The position numbers and the translations under genes are program-made. From the NCBI RefSeq assembly GCF_006345805.1, contig NC_043017.1, positions 992,001 through 1,056,000 on the forward strand: a DNA stretch of 64,000 nt. Direction: 5' to 3'. Positions 14,081 to 26,575 of this stretch are shown here, one piece after another (positions within the stretch are counted from its first letter, which is position 1; every line of letters starts with the position of its first letter). The notes below the pieces were generated by a model, which saw only the letters and a program-made list of their open reading frames with translations, was not told the DNA's origin and did no database searches. The stretch comes from Octopus sinensis. Lineage: Eukaryota.

Positions 14081-15513
14081 TTAGTCAAACCTCTTGGCAC
14101 TCACATCTAAAACCTTCGATTTACAACTGACCTATATTCATTTTTTTTGTGGTATACGAAGATATTGCAGCTTAGCTGCATCTCTGCTCAGATTAGGTAG
14201 ACCCAAGAGTAAAGTTACTTCAGCATCATTTTGTATTCCTGGAAGTGTCTGAGACGAAAATACTTCTGTCATTTCCATCCACAGCAAAATGTGATTCAGA
14301 TTTAAAGGAGAATATTAGCGAATGATTCTAGCAATAGAACTGACTATGCTGTCGCTGCCTATTTTGGTACGGTGAGACAAGAATTCTCACTTGGCAAAAA
14401 TGGATATGTTCAGTCAGATGCTTGCACAGATAGATATAATCAAGGTTGATACCTTCATAAACAGACTGGCATACATACAGACTGACGCATGAATACATTA
14501 ATAAACAGCTAGATAGATGGACGGACAGATAAATGATAAATTGCTATATAGAAATATTGATAGACTGATTGATTGATAGGTATATAGAAGGAGGGACAGG
14601 TGAAAGAGAGCCAGATGAATAGTTAAACCGAGAAGTGGGTAAAGGGGGATGGATAAAGGGTTGCAAACACACACATAGACACAATCCAACTTATATAATT
14701 ATGTGGATTGAATAACAGTGATTCACCTGTCTAGCATTCTGTCCGTCTATACAAGTGTATGTATATACACACGCACACAAACACACACACGCACATACAC
14801 ACACGCTCACACACAGGCACACACGCAAAGTCATAGTTATATCAGGTGGATGATGGAGACATAGAAACAGATGAAGTGTTGTTGGAGAGAGAAAGAAAAG
14901 AAACAAAACAAAACGAAAGAATAAAAGGTAACATTTTGAAGAGCAAAGACAGAGAGAAAAATACAGCCACCGAATGAGAGAGAGAGAGAGAGAGGAGAGT
15001 GAGAGGAGAAAGAGTGATAACGACAGAATGAATGTGAGAAAGGTGGCGTAAGAGAAAGTGCAGAAAACGAAAAATCAATTTATACGAACTAAAATTAATG
15101 CCTGTATGAAATAGTAAGCATATTAACTCTATGAATAAATACGTAATGTGGTTCGGTACACAGCACTCGAAGACAGCGGCCATTTTGGAAAGTTGTGTTG
15201 GCGAATATCACAAAGAATATGTTACGACAAATTATCTTCCAAAACTATGGAGGAAATTTTGGAAAATTGAATGAAGATATTAAAGGCATCAAAGAATTAG
15301 TGAAATCCGTGCATTATTGAAATGAATATTTTAGATATAATTAGATAAGCTACGGATTTCGTTTTTATCTTTATTACGAATGCGCGTACGTGCACATATG
15401 CATGCAGTTATAATTTCATAAATCAGATACACAACTGCATACATGCGTACGTATATGCGTATGTGTGTATATATATATATATACACACACACATACGCAT
15501 ACACGTACGCATG

Positions 15514-15554
15514 TTAAATATATGCGTTTGGTATATATATATATATATGTGTGT

Positions 15555-15640
<86 letters not shown>

Positions 15641-15717
15641 TACATATTTTAAATTCAGTGCTCGTATTAATATTTCTCCGAATAATATTAATACGAGCAC
15701 TGAATTTAAAATATGTA

Positions 15718-15769
<52 letters not shown>

Positions 15770-15803
15770 ACAAACATATATATACCAAATGCATATATTT
15801 TAA
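15514..15803. repeat. near-perfect fold-back with 9-nt loop (15675-15683)
   Basis: tacatattttaaattcagtgctcgtattaatatt is the exact reverse complement of aatattaatacgagcactgaatttaaaatatgta; the arms continue through (GATA)n/(TATC)n into ttaaatatatgcgtttggta / taccaaatgcatatattttaa. Confidence 0.95.
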
Positions 15804-16026
15804 GTATCAACATTACCACACATAGCTTGAACTACGTGAGTATGCACACACACAAACACACACGCACACACAAACGCACACATTCATACGCACAGTTCAC
15901 ACAATTCAAAAGAGCCCGCCATTTACATAAATGTATGATGGGTAAACATTTCCATATACTACAATGACGGCGACGGTTGTCCGCCAGGTATGATGTTTTT
16001 GTTTATTTATGATATATTTTGGATTC

Positions 16027-16090
16027 GCTTCACTGATGAGCAAGGGACGTGTATAATGCGTTAATTGCGAAATCACAGGTGATATGGAGC
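16027..16090 (+). ncRNA. type I hammerhead ribozyme motif (complete core, three stems)
   Basis: GCUUCA-CUGAUGA-GCAA..UUGC-GAAA-UCAC-AG-GUGA-UA-UGGAGC; stem I GCUUCA/UGGAGC, stem II GCAA/UUGC extended by GACGUGU/AUGCGUU, stem III AUCAC/GUGAU, NUH triplet AUA. Confidence 0.8.
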
Positions 16091-16272
16091 TAAATTCTGT
16101 TTTTAAGTGACTCGTTTTGAGAATTGCATCTGGTACAATTTGTTTATATTTGGTAGTTATGACTTTAAGAGTCCCTCCTAACGTGTGGCATTTATGTGTA
16201 ATAATGCCCTCTATACAATATAAATATCTATTTATCTATATATCTATCTGTCTATCTATCTATCTATCTATA

Positions 16273-16313
<41 letters not shown>

Positions 16314-17563
16314 GTCTGTCTAACTATCTATCTATTTATCTATCTATCTGTCTGTCTGTCTATCTAGGTCGCTAGCTACCTTTCTACCTTTATACGGACT
16401 GTCTCTCTCTCAAAAATACACACACGTACATATGTTGGCATGTGTCTTAGTGCCTGGGATTCTGTGTGCGAGATCCTAGCAGCGATAAAAGTTAAAGAAA
16501 ATCTCTTTAAAATAATACACTACTCCCTGTGCTGTGATGGAGGGCGACCAAAGTAGTTTTGTATACTTTAAGAAAGGCGAGAGTGGGATATAAATTCAAC
16601 CACATCGTTTTTTGAGAAAAGAGAGCCGAAGTAGGCCTGTATATTTAAAAAAAATCAGGTCTGATTAGTCGAATCTTTCCCTAAAATATAACGAAATCCC
16701 TTTGCAATCATACCGTACAGTTTACTGTATCCACCCGCAAAAAACTATAACCAAGGGATCAGCGATCGAATTCTGACGCAATCAAAAATGAAATCTGTTT
16801 CAAACCACCCGAACAGTTTTTGAAGAAACGACAGTGAAACTATATTATGCACTTTTAAAAAGGTGCAGCGTGACACATTAAATTCCTTTGATGATAAGTA
16901 ACCTCAATAACACTGTCCTTGACCCTAGCAAAGAACAAATGAATGCATAACACAAAAAGAAAAGAAACAACAAAAGTAATTCCCAAATTCAGGGAAATTG
17001 AATTACATGTAACATTTACTAGATTCAAATTAATTCTTATATATATTCTTACATATATTGGCTATTTACTGCAATGTTATTGCCGTTGTATTATTACGTA
17101 TTACTGATCAAACATTTAGTTTTTCCGATATTTAGTCATATTTCGTTAAAAGCAGATGTAGTCTACCGACATTTCTCCAAGAATAATATGCTATTCCTGA
17201 CCTTTATCAAGCGCAATATCTTTATCAGGAATATTACTTCTGTCCATTTTTCTTTCTAAATCGTTTGAAACATTGTTAGTACATTCACTAACAGAATATT
17301 TCCAACACAATAAAGATATCGCAGAATCAAATTTAGAATTGGCCAGAAGCCAAGTGAAACCATACAGAAATGTTACTTATTAAGACTCAGTACACATCGT
17401 TGGCATTTGGTGTGAGAAGAGTAATATTTAAAATGTATAATTTATCTTTTTAATGCTCTCTACTTCTGCACGGGAGACGTCACAATATGCATATATATCT
17501 ATGTGTATGTATGTATGTGTCCAAATGAATGTATATGTGTGTATGTATGTGTGTATGTACATG

Positions 17564-17618
<55 letters not shown>

Positions 17619-17636
17619 TATGCATGCATATGTATT

Positions 17637-17671
<35 letters not shown>

Positions 17672-17749
17672 ATATATATAATACACTTATGTATATATAT
17701 GTCTATCTGTCTATCTAACTATCTATCTATCTATATCTAGATATATATG

Positions 17750-17783
<34 letters not shown>

Positions 17784-18955
17784 ATATATATATATGTAAA
17801 TTATATTATATGCACAAACAAATATATGTATATATATATATATTATATATATATGTATTGATATATATTGATATTGATATATATATATATATTATATGCA
17901 CAAACATATATTCGGGTATATATATGTACTTATATTTCTTTACATAAATATATGTATATATATCCTTATGCACACACACACACATATACACACACATACA
18001 CATATATGCATGTGTGTGTGTTTGCGTGTTTGTGTTATGTGCATTTTCATGTATGTATGTGTGTGCATTTGTGTGTATGTGCATGTGTCCATGTGTGTGT
18101 ATGTGTGTGTGCAATTGGTTTTTATCTTGTATAAATAGATTAGTCGCGCTAGGGAGAAAGTAAGTGTTGGTTTAATGAGAAACCATGAAATTTTAATAGT
18201 GAACAATTGAACAAAGAACCATTGGATGACTTCTACCTCCACCAAGAGTGAAATTCTGCCGCAAAGGTTACATCGCTTGTTTTAATTACGGGATAAGGGC
18301 ACGGAGCCCCAAATCGCAGAATAGGCTTTGCGTTCTACAGGAAATGAGGGACAGAAGAAGAGACGGAAAGAGAGAGGGAGGGAGGGAGAGTAAGTGTTAA
18401 ACAAAGTGGGGGGGGGCATTGAGAAAATGGCGGAGAGATTGGGTGAGAGGCAGTGAGGAAGGGAGAGCTGGGAAAAGAGAAAGTTTAAACGCTTTTATAG
18501 GAATACATTTCCGTAGCGATCATTAAATTTTGTAAGAGTTCAATAACTGAAAATAGAGGTGTGAGTTTATGGACTTACGTATGCATCTATGCATTCATGT
18601 ATGTATGCATGTATGAATGTATGAATGTATGAATGTATTTATGTATGTATGTATGTATGTATGCATGTATGTATGTATGTATGTATGCATGCATGTATAA
18701 ATGTATGATTGCATTTATGTATGTATGTATGTATGTATGTATGCATGCATATATGTATGTATGTATTTATGCATGTATGTATGTATGCATGTATGCATAT
18801 ATGAATCTTTGCGTGTATGTTTGTGGGATATATATATATTCATATCTGAGGGGGTATAATTTTATGACTTTACATACATTAATATGAATATATATATATA
18901 TAATATATATATATATAATATATATATATATATATGTGTGTGTGTGGTGTGTGTG

Positions 18956-19002
<47 letters not shown>

Positions 19003-19109
19003 ATATGTGCGGGTGCGCGTGTGTGTTTGTGTAACGGTATATATAAATATATACATACATACATATATAAGTGTATATAATTTTATATGAATACCCACAT
19101 ATTCATCTG

Positions 19110-19176
<67 letters not shown>

Positions 19177-19279
19177 CACACATATACTTTTGAATAAATA
19201 AATAGACATACATGTATATCTACATAATGTATATGCCTATATGCATATATTTATGTGTGTATATATATATGCATATATT

Positions 19280-19372
<93 letters not shown>

Positions 19373-19592
19373 ATGAATTTACACAAACTTTTATATATAT
19401 GTATGTATGTGTTTGTGTGTGTGTGCGAGTATGCAAGCGTGTGTGTGTGTTCGATTGGACGTGAGTGTATATGTGAGTCTTCGCTTTGTGTATTTCCTTA
19501 GCTCTGGTATTCCATCTCTGCATGAGTGCAAATACGATCAACGTTGTTCCAGCTGAGTCCGTACCACTTCATTCATCGATATTTTTCTTCCC

Positions 19593-19636
19593 AACTAACT
19601 TGTCCTCTGTTTCTTCTTTGTCTTTTTTTCTTGCAG
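19593..19636 (+). other. strong candidate 3' splice site (branch point, polypyrimidine tract, CAG)
   Basis: aactaac ttgtcctctgtttcttctttgtctttttttcttgcag|A; no transcript evidence. Confidence 0.4.
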
Positions 19637-20019
19637 AGGATAAAGAATGCTTTGCAAGGATATTTTGCTTCCGTTTCTAGCAGCTGGTCTTATCACTTAC
19701 AGGCTACATCCACACTTTGATTTTAAAACATGTATTGTAAAAACTACCGCAGTTGACCAACGATTGATATAAGCTTCGTTCGAAGTCCGTTTAAGGGTAT
19801 CCACCTCTCATTGCTCTGAAAGGTGTTATTAAATTTACTATGAAGCAGTCGATTAATGTGTCTGTTAAAGTATTTTTGATATTAACTGTGTTGTATATGC
19901 CAATCTAACATATCTCTATGTATTCATCTATCTGTTTACATACCTATCGTTCTACCTATCTGTGTGTGTAAGTGTATGTGTTTGTATGTGTATATATATA
20001 TATGCATATATATGTATAC

Positions 20020-20057
<38 letters not shown>

Positions 20058-20344
20058 ATGTGTGTAATTTTGGTTAATGAGACAAACGGAAGATGAAAGT
20101 TGCGAGAATTTTTCATTAATCACTACAATTGTTCGGCCACTCAAGCATCGATCCCTGGAATACTTGATAACCAGTTGAATAGTATCCGTCGTTGCAGACG
20201 TGTCTCTCTTCTGCGCAAGGAACAATTGTACTGATTAAGAAATATTCTCGTATCTTTCGTCTTCCGTCTCTCTCATTAACCATTTGTAATAGTGAGCGTG
20301 CTATACCGGTAGGCCACCAGGTATACACACTATACATTTTATTA

Positions 20345-20427
<83 letters not shown>

Positions 20428-20461
20428 AAGGGGTTAAGAGTCCATATAAATAAAAACAATT

Positions 20462-20956
20462 ATGGTTAAAGATGTGAATAAATTTGGAAAAGACACAGAA
20501 ATATATTTTAGAGAATGTTTAATATATTTTTTAAAGTCAGTATCTAACAATAGAACCGTTTTCCATCTATCCATCTTTTTTAAATATTAAAAAAGAATTG
20601 TTTTAGAATTCAAAGAGAAAAAATTAGAGGTTAACGGTGTGTACTTATGGTTTACTTAGTGAAAGTATTTTTTTCAGAGTTATTCTCTTATATATGTTTT
20701 GTCTGTGTATGTTTGGGTTTAGACAAAACATAAATAAGAAAATGGCTCGATAGTAAAATTTCACTGAGAACTAAAACATGGGTACAAACTAATAACCCCT
20801 AAATATTTTTCTCTTTGATTTCGCGCTCAAAGTTTTTAATATGATGGTTACATCGAAAACGGTTATATTTTAAATCACTCACTGTAAGGAAAAGATTAAA
20901 AATTCTCTAAAATATACTTCTCTTCTTTTTCCAACATTATTTCCTTCTTTAACTAT
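20462..20956. repeat. AT-rich element with diverged inverted termini, flanked by (TA)n
   Basis: ggttaaagatgtgaataaatttggaaaagacacagaaatatattttagagaat is inversely matched by attctctaaaatatacttctcttctttttccaacattatttccttctttaact. Confidence 0.65.
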
Positions 20957-20971
20957 ATATATATAAATATA

Positions 20972-22065
20972 CAGGGTCTCGCAGATAAATTGAGACCAAT
21001 TTTAAGCAGTTGATTTAGTGGGTTTAACATTCTATTTATTGATAAATCTTTGCTTGCCCGAGAATTTAATCCTCCTCTTTATATTTTAGGTAAATAAGGA
21101 ACTGATTCGACAACAGAAAGTTATAGAACAACAGAATCGTTCCGCCTGTGTTGCTTTGGTTCGCACCGGACACTGCTAATAAAATTGTTGACAAAACTTG
21201 CAAAAGCAACAGTCGTGTGTATAAAGAATTTAAAGAAGAGGGAAAGATTGATAGAAAGGATCACAAGACTCAGAGTGATTCCAAGTTTCTCGCTGGCCTC
21301 AAATGTTCGATTGAAGCGGACCCATCAACATCCAGAGAATTGTTGCAAGGAAAGGCAATGTTTCCCTTTTTACAGTGATCAGAGCTGCAATCAAGAACAC
21401 TGGCATGACTAGCTATGTTCGACGAAGCTGTCGCCTCCTTACAGCCAATGCCAAAGCAATCGGGAACCTACGGTGTCCTGAAGCTTCTGTCATTCATCCA
21501 ACATCAAGTTACAGGAAAATCTCACGTGTTGGTGGATGAGACATTCGCTGTGGACGCTGAGGTGAATCGCAGAAATTCTCCAGTGAGTGCATACAACCAT
21601 TCTGACGTCTCGCACTATGCTGGAGGCTCAGCATCATGCCCCTGTGGTGGTATTTGGAGCAGTGACAAGTGATGGAAGTGTCATGGATCCATACTACATT
21701 GACTCTGGTTTGAAGATCGGTTCAAAGGAGTATCTGGACATCATGAAGAACTCTCTCTTACCTTATATGCAGTAGACGTTTGGGTTAGACAGTGTGGTGA
21801 TTATCCAGGATTCTGTACCATGCCATGGATCAAAAGCAATACAAACCTTCTATGGTGAGAAGGTGCCGTTTTTTAATGTGGAGGACGAAATCTGGCGTAG
21901 TAGTAGCCCAGGTCTCAACTCTCTCGGTTACATTTTATGGGATGTACTTCAAGTAAGTTTCAAAGCATCACAACACAAGAGTATTAATAGGGCAACGCGT
22001 AAGATCAAAATGGCAGCGAAAGCAGCAGCTTCAAAAAAGTTCCTTCTCATCTGGAGATAGTAATT
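20972..22065 (+). mobile_element. Tc1/mariner (maT/DD37D-like) transposon, decayed, with left TIR
   Basis: TA+cagggtctcgcagataaattgagacc end; frameshifted motifs LVDETFAVDAEVNRRNS, VVVFGAVTSDG, QDSVPCHGSK and WRSSSPGLNSLGYILW, with about 38 residues between the second D and the third catalytic position. Confidence 0.85.
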
Positions 22066-22209
22066 TCCCAATATATATATATATGGGAGTGGATTTCGTA
22101 GACGGAAGCAGAAAGACATCCCATTGCATATGTGTGTATGTGCGTGAGTTTGTGAGTGGGTATGTGCATGAAAACTTGCGTGTACGCGTGTATGCGCTGG
22201 TTATGCACC

Positions 22210-22306
<97 letters not shown>

Positions 22307-22649
22307 CACGTATGTTCCTTATGGATTCGAAATCCGAGTTGCCAATTTTGACTTTGGTATGAAAAGGTCGAGTTATCTTTCTGCTACGAAATAAAATGTG
22401 CGTTTTACTATGAAAATAAAATTGCAAACGAGGTCAGGTCGGACAATTTTGAGGTCATTTTCGGTCAATATTCTGCTTTGCTTCTAATCTACGTTGCAAA
22501 TTTTAATGTTTTTGGTGGCTAAAATATAGTGATGAACGAGGCGGGTTATGAGTGCGTTTGTAATGCACTCATAACGTTGACAAACCCTATTTGTCAACGG
22601 AAAGTGACCAAAAACCATGGTTTGGGGGCACAATTTTTGGTACACTTTT

Positions 22650-23376
22650 TGTACCACCCACTTCCGCTTATTTATTTTTCCAAAATTTCTTCGGTCTTCT
22701 CTGTTTTCGACATAGGAGAATACAATTTTACCCCCAAATCAGGTTTTCAAAATTTAATTTTTCCCTCTCCCCACCTCAGTTTCTTAATTTTAAAGTGTTT
22801 TCGATTTTTTTTTTTAATCCGCATAGAAAATTAGAGATTAAGAATCTGGGAATGTTTCTTAATTTTTAATTTTTCCAAGAGAAACACTCAATGCTCCTTC
22901 CCATCCTCGACCACCCATCCTCCCCTCGCTTTCAAAAAGCTAAAAACTCTGAATGTTTCACTTCGGTCTGATGTCTCACGCGTGCGTAGAATTCTATTGA
23001 AATAGCAGAAGTCAAAAATATCAGACCACCACCAGGAGACCCGACATGCTAGAAACAACAACCAAACTTCATTATTTCTGAGAAAAACTTCCCCTGTTTC
23101 ATTCGGAGTTTTAGCTTTTTGAATGTGGGGAGATGATGGATGGAGGTTGGGGAAGGGGATTTGCATGTTACTTTAGAATTCATAATCTCTGCATTTTTCT
23201 ACGTGGATTAGATAAAGAAATTGCGTAAAAAGTTAAGAATTTAAAATATTAGGATGGGAAGGGAGAAATTAAAATTTTGAAAACATTATTTGGTCAAAAT
23301 CCTAATCCCCTGTATAAAAAAAAATTGGAACCCCAAGAAATATTGGGAAAAAGAGTTGGGTGGAGTGAGGGTGCAA
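22650..23376. repeat. long diverged inverted repeat (arms ~22650-22955 / 23100-23376), MITE/foldback-like
   Basis: ttcaaaaagctaaaaactctgaatg vs cattcggagttttagctttttgaa; ttttcaaaatttaattt vs aaattaaaattttgaaaa; taatccgcatagaaaa vs ttttctacgtggatta. Confidence 0.75.
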
Positions 23377-24288
23377 ATGTCAGCTACGACATGCTAGAAA
23401 CAACAGCCAAATGACAGGATTTCTGAAAAAACCTTTCCTTTTACGTTTATATCGAAGATCAGGATTTTAAATACGACTTACAAAATAGAAAAAATGTCGG
23501 TGATGTTCTGATCAAAGCATGTACTGAACCCCTCAGAACTTCTTTTATTTTAAAGAATTATCGCAAAATTATTTCGATACTGTCATCTACATAATGGAAT
23601 TAATAAGATTATCCAAATAGAAACATTTTAAAAAATATTCCCCCACCTCCACCCCCTAATTCAAAATCCTTCCACAGCTTTTCGATTTTGTTTCTATTCT
23701 TGGCTTTAAAATATGGATTGTCCGATTATGCCATTCGTCTGTCTTTATAATTTCCAAATAATTTTTAAATACTTCGAAATCAAAATTGTTGAGTGTTTGT
23801 GAAAGAGAAAATCATTCACTACCAGAAAATATGTTACCAAAACAAATTATCTTTAACATACCTTTAAAATTGTTGCGAGAAAAACGCTTATTAACAGAAA
23901 ATTATGTTATGAAAATAAATTAACTGTAACATACCTTTAAATTATTGCGGATGAAGAATTAAACCTCGAAAACTTGCCGAGGAAGTGTACAATCTGAATT
24001 TCAATTTCAATGTTATCTTCTCGCTAGGGTTCAAATCGACTTAACTGTGGGTAACTGGTACTTATTTAATCTACTCCGAAAGGATTAAAGTCACATAGCT
24101 AGCTAGAGGCAATGGCCACTTGGAGCTAATCAACGACAGCATTCGTTCTGTTTTTCTGGACTGCCATGTTAGCTTGGCGATAAATATTAATATATATATA
24201 TATATATATATATTTATACTGTAAAATTAAAATTAATCCTAAATCTAAATTTTCCCTGTAAGTTTGCATTTACTCCTTACTATTATTG

Positions 24289-24347
<59 letters not shown>

Positions 24348-24373
24348 CATACATACATACATACATACATACA

Positions 24374-24404
<31 letters not shown>

Positions 24405-24684
24405 GTATGCATATGCATGCTTTAATATGGCTGTCTTCTAATTAACGGCGTGGAAGATCCAATACAGATCGGAACCTCGTGGTCTGGTGTTCGCAGAACT
24501 AAGGTGGCAGGGGTTATCTCCCTCTTGCCATAAATATTCAGAGCGATAAGCACACCGAATAAACTGGCTGGAGGAGATGCTCTTTCTCGGGATAAATGGC
24601 AGCATCATCGTCTCTTAGAAGTCAGCCACTTTAAGGTGGCCACACACAATAATTTTTTGTTCGTATACTGCTTCTCTCTTGAAC

Positions 24685-24845
24685 AGAGATGTTCTTTCAA
24701 TTTTCCTCTATAAAATCCAATTACAAGGCTTTGTTCGTCACAATGTACAGGAAAAGGCACTTGCTCAAGGTTCCACCCTGTAGTACTGATCCCGGAACCT
24801 CTTGGTCGGGAAGCAAAATTTTCAGAACACAGCCGCAGAACCAGC
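24685..24845 (-). mobile_element. SINE family B 5' half
   Basis: ggcacttgctcaagg...cccggaacctcttggtcgggaagcaa...acacagcc. Confidence 0.65.
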
Positions 24846-26161
24846 ATGTGTGTTTATTAGAATAATTACCCGTTCGAAATAAAACAAAATGATGCTAAAT
24901 TCTTACAATGAAGTTACTCTGAACCATTTAAGAATCCAATGGTTTTAACTTGATGGGAAACAAATTTTAAGTGACCTCCGATGGTTTATGTAGCAGAAAC
25001 TTTTCCGTTAACTGTTGCATGACCCTATACACGCCGCCTTCGATATACACCATAGTTCAACTAAAAAGAATTTGATTAATTTTCGGCAATAGCAGAAATA
25101 TATTCTCTTAGAATGCCAACTTCTGTGGAAATCTTATTATGATTAATATTGGTATCGGAGTCAAAGAATTCTATAAGACATCATGTAAACTTAATTTGCA
25201 ATTCAGGCTTTTCTCTCACAAATAACTTACCAATTCTTTGTTTTCCCTGTTTGTGTGGGTGTGGCGAACACATAGAAATATATGCGTTCATATAACGGTA
25301 ACTACACTTACGTCTCCATCCATATATACGATATGTGGACCGTTGATATTATGGACAGACTCACAGACATACATATATATAAACAGCGATGTGGTGGACG
25401 AGTGACAGAAAGAGGGAGAGGAAGAGAAAAAGCTGATGTGTGTGCGTGTGTGTGTGTGTGTGTATGTGCATATACACACATATTTTTCTGTTTTATCGCT
25501 ATACATATATTTGTATTAAAAATCTCAGGAAGTGAGCCACTCCTTCATGCATACATATATATAAGCATACATACACACACAAGAACGTACTGATATACAT
25601 GCATACGAACGTCTGTATATACATACATACATACAAACAAACAAACATACTTTCACATTTGCATATTTACAGTTATATATGTGTAAATGTATTTGACATT
25701 TAAGTAATAACTTATTAATAACCAGAAATCGTAGTCTCGCCGTCAGAATGATGTAAAATTGTTACGCAGTATTTTCATCTCATTTAAATGGGCACGGCGT
25801 TTCATAAATCTGATTAGCTTCTGGGTTTGTTAGACCTTCATGAGAGAAAAACATCACCTCTGCTGCATACAAGGGAGAGTCATTGAATTATAGATATTCA
25901 TAATGTCTAAAAAACACACAGAGGGATTAAGTTTTCAGCTAAATTTGGATTAAGCTCTCGTACTCACAACATGCACAAAATCACTAAATAAAATTATGGT
26001 TCATTACCATTTCAAAATTGTCTCGTAAATTGTTATTATTTAATAAGAAAAACTAGTATGTGAAAGTAAACAATGTGTTTACGTTGGTCTTTTGGTAACG
26101 AAAACTGAATCAAGAAATATACTTAGATTCGTCCTGACATCATCAAATTAGTGTAGCGGTA

Positions 26162-26575
26162 AGCGGCGAGCTGGCACAAACGTTAGCACGCCGGTCGTAA
26201 TGCTTAGCGGTATTTCATCAGCCATTACACTCTGGGTTCAAATTCCGCTGAGGTCGACTTTGCCTTTCATCCTTTCGGGGTCGATTAAATAAGTACCAGT
26301 TACGCACTGGGGTCGATGTAATCGACTTTACCCGTTTGTCTTTCCTTGTTTGTTCCTTCTGTGTTTCATCCCTTGTGGGTAGAAAAGAAATAGGTATTTC
26401 GTCTGCCGCTATGTTCTGAGTTCAAATTCCGCCGAGGTCGACTTCGACATTCATCCCTTTCGTGGTCGATTAAATTAGCACCAGTTACGCACTGGGGTCG
26501 ATGTAATCGACTTAGTCCCTTTGTCTGTCCCTGTTTTTCCTTTCTATGTTTAACCCCTTGTGTGCAATAAATAAA
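26162..26575 (+). mobile_element. SINE family A dimer (full unit plus head-truncated unit from 26393)
   Basis: Head gcggcgagctggcacaaacgttagc, B-box-like ggttcaaattcc, domain tttgcctttcatcctttcggggtcgattaaataagtaccag; the second unit restarts at ggtatttcgtctg. Confidence 0.9.
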
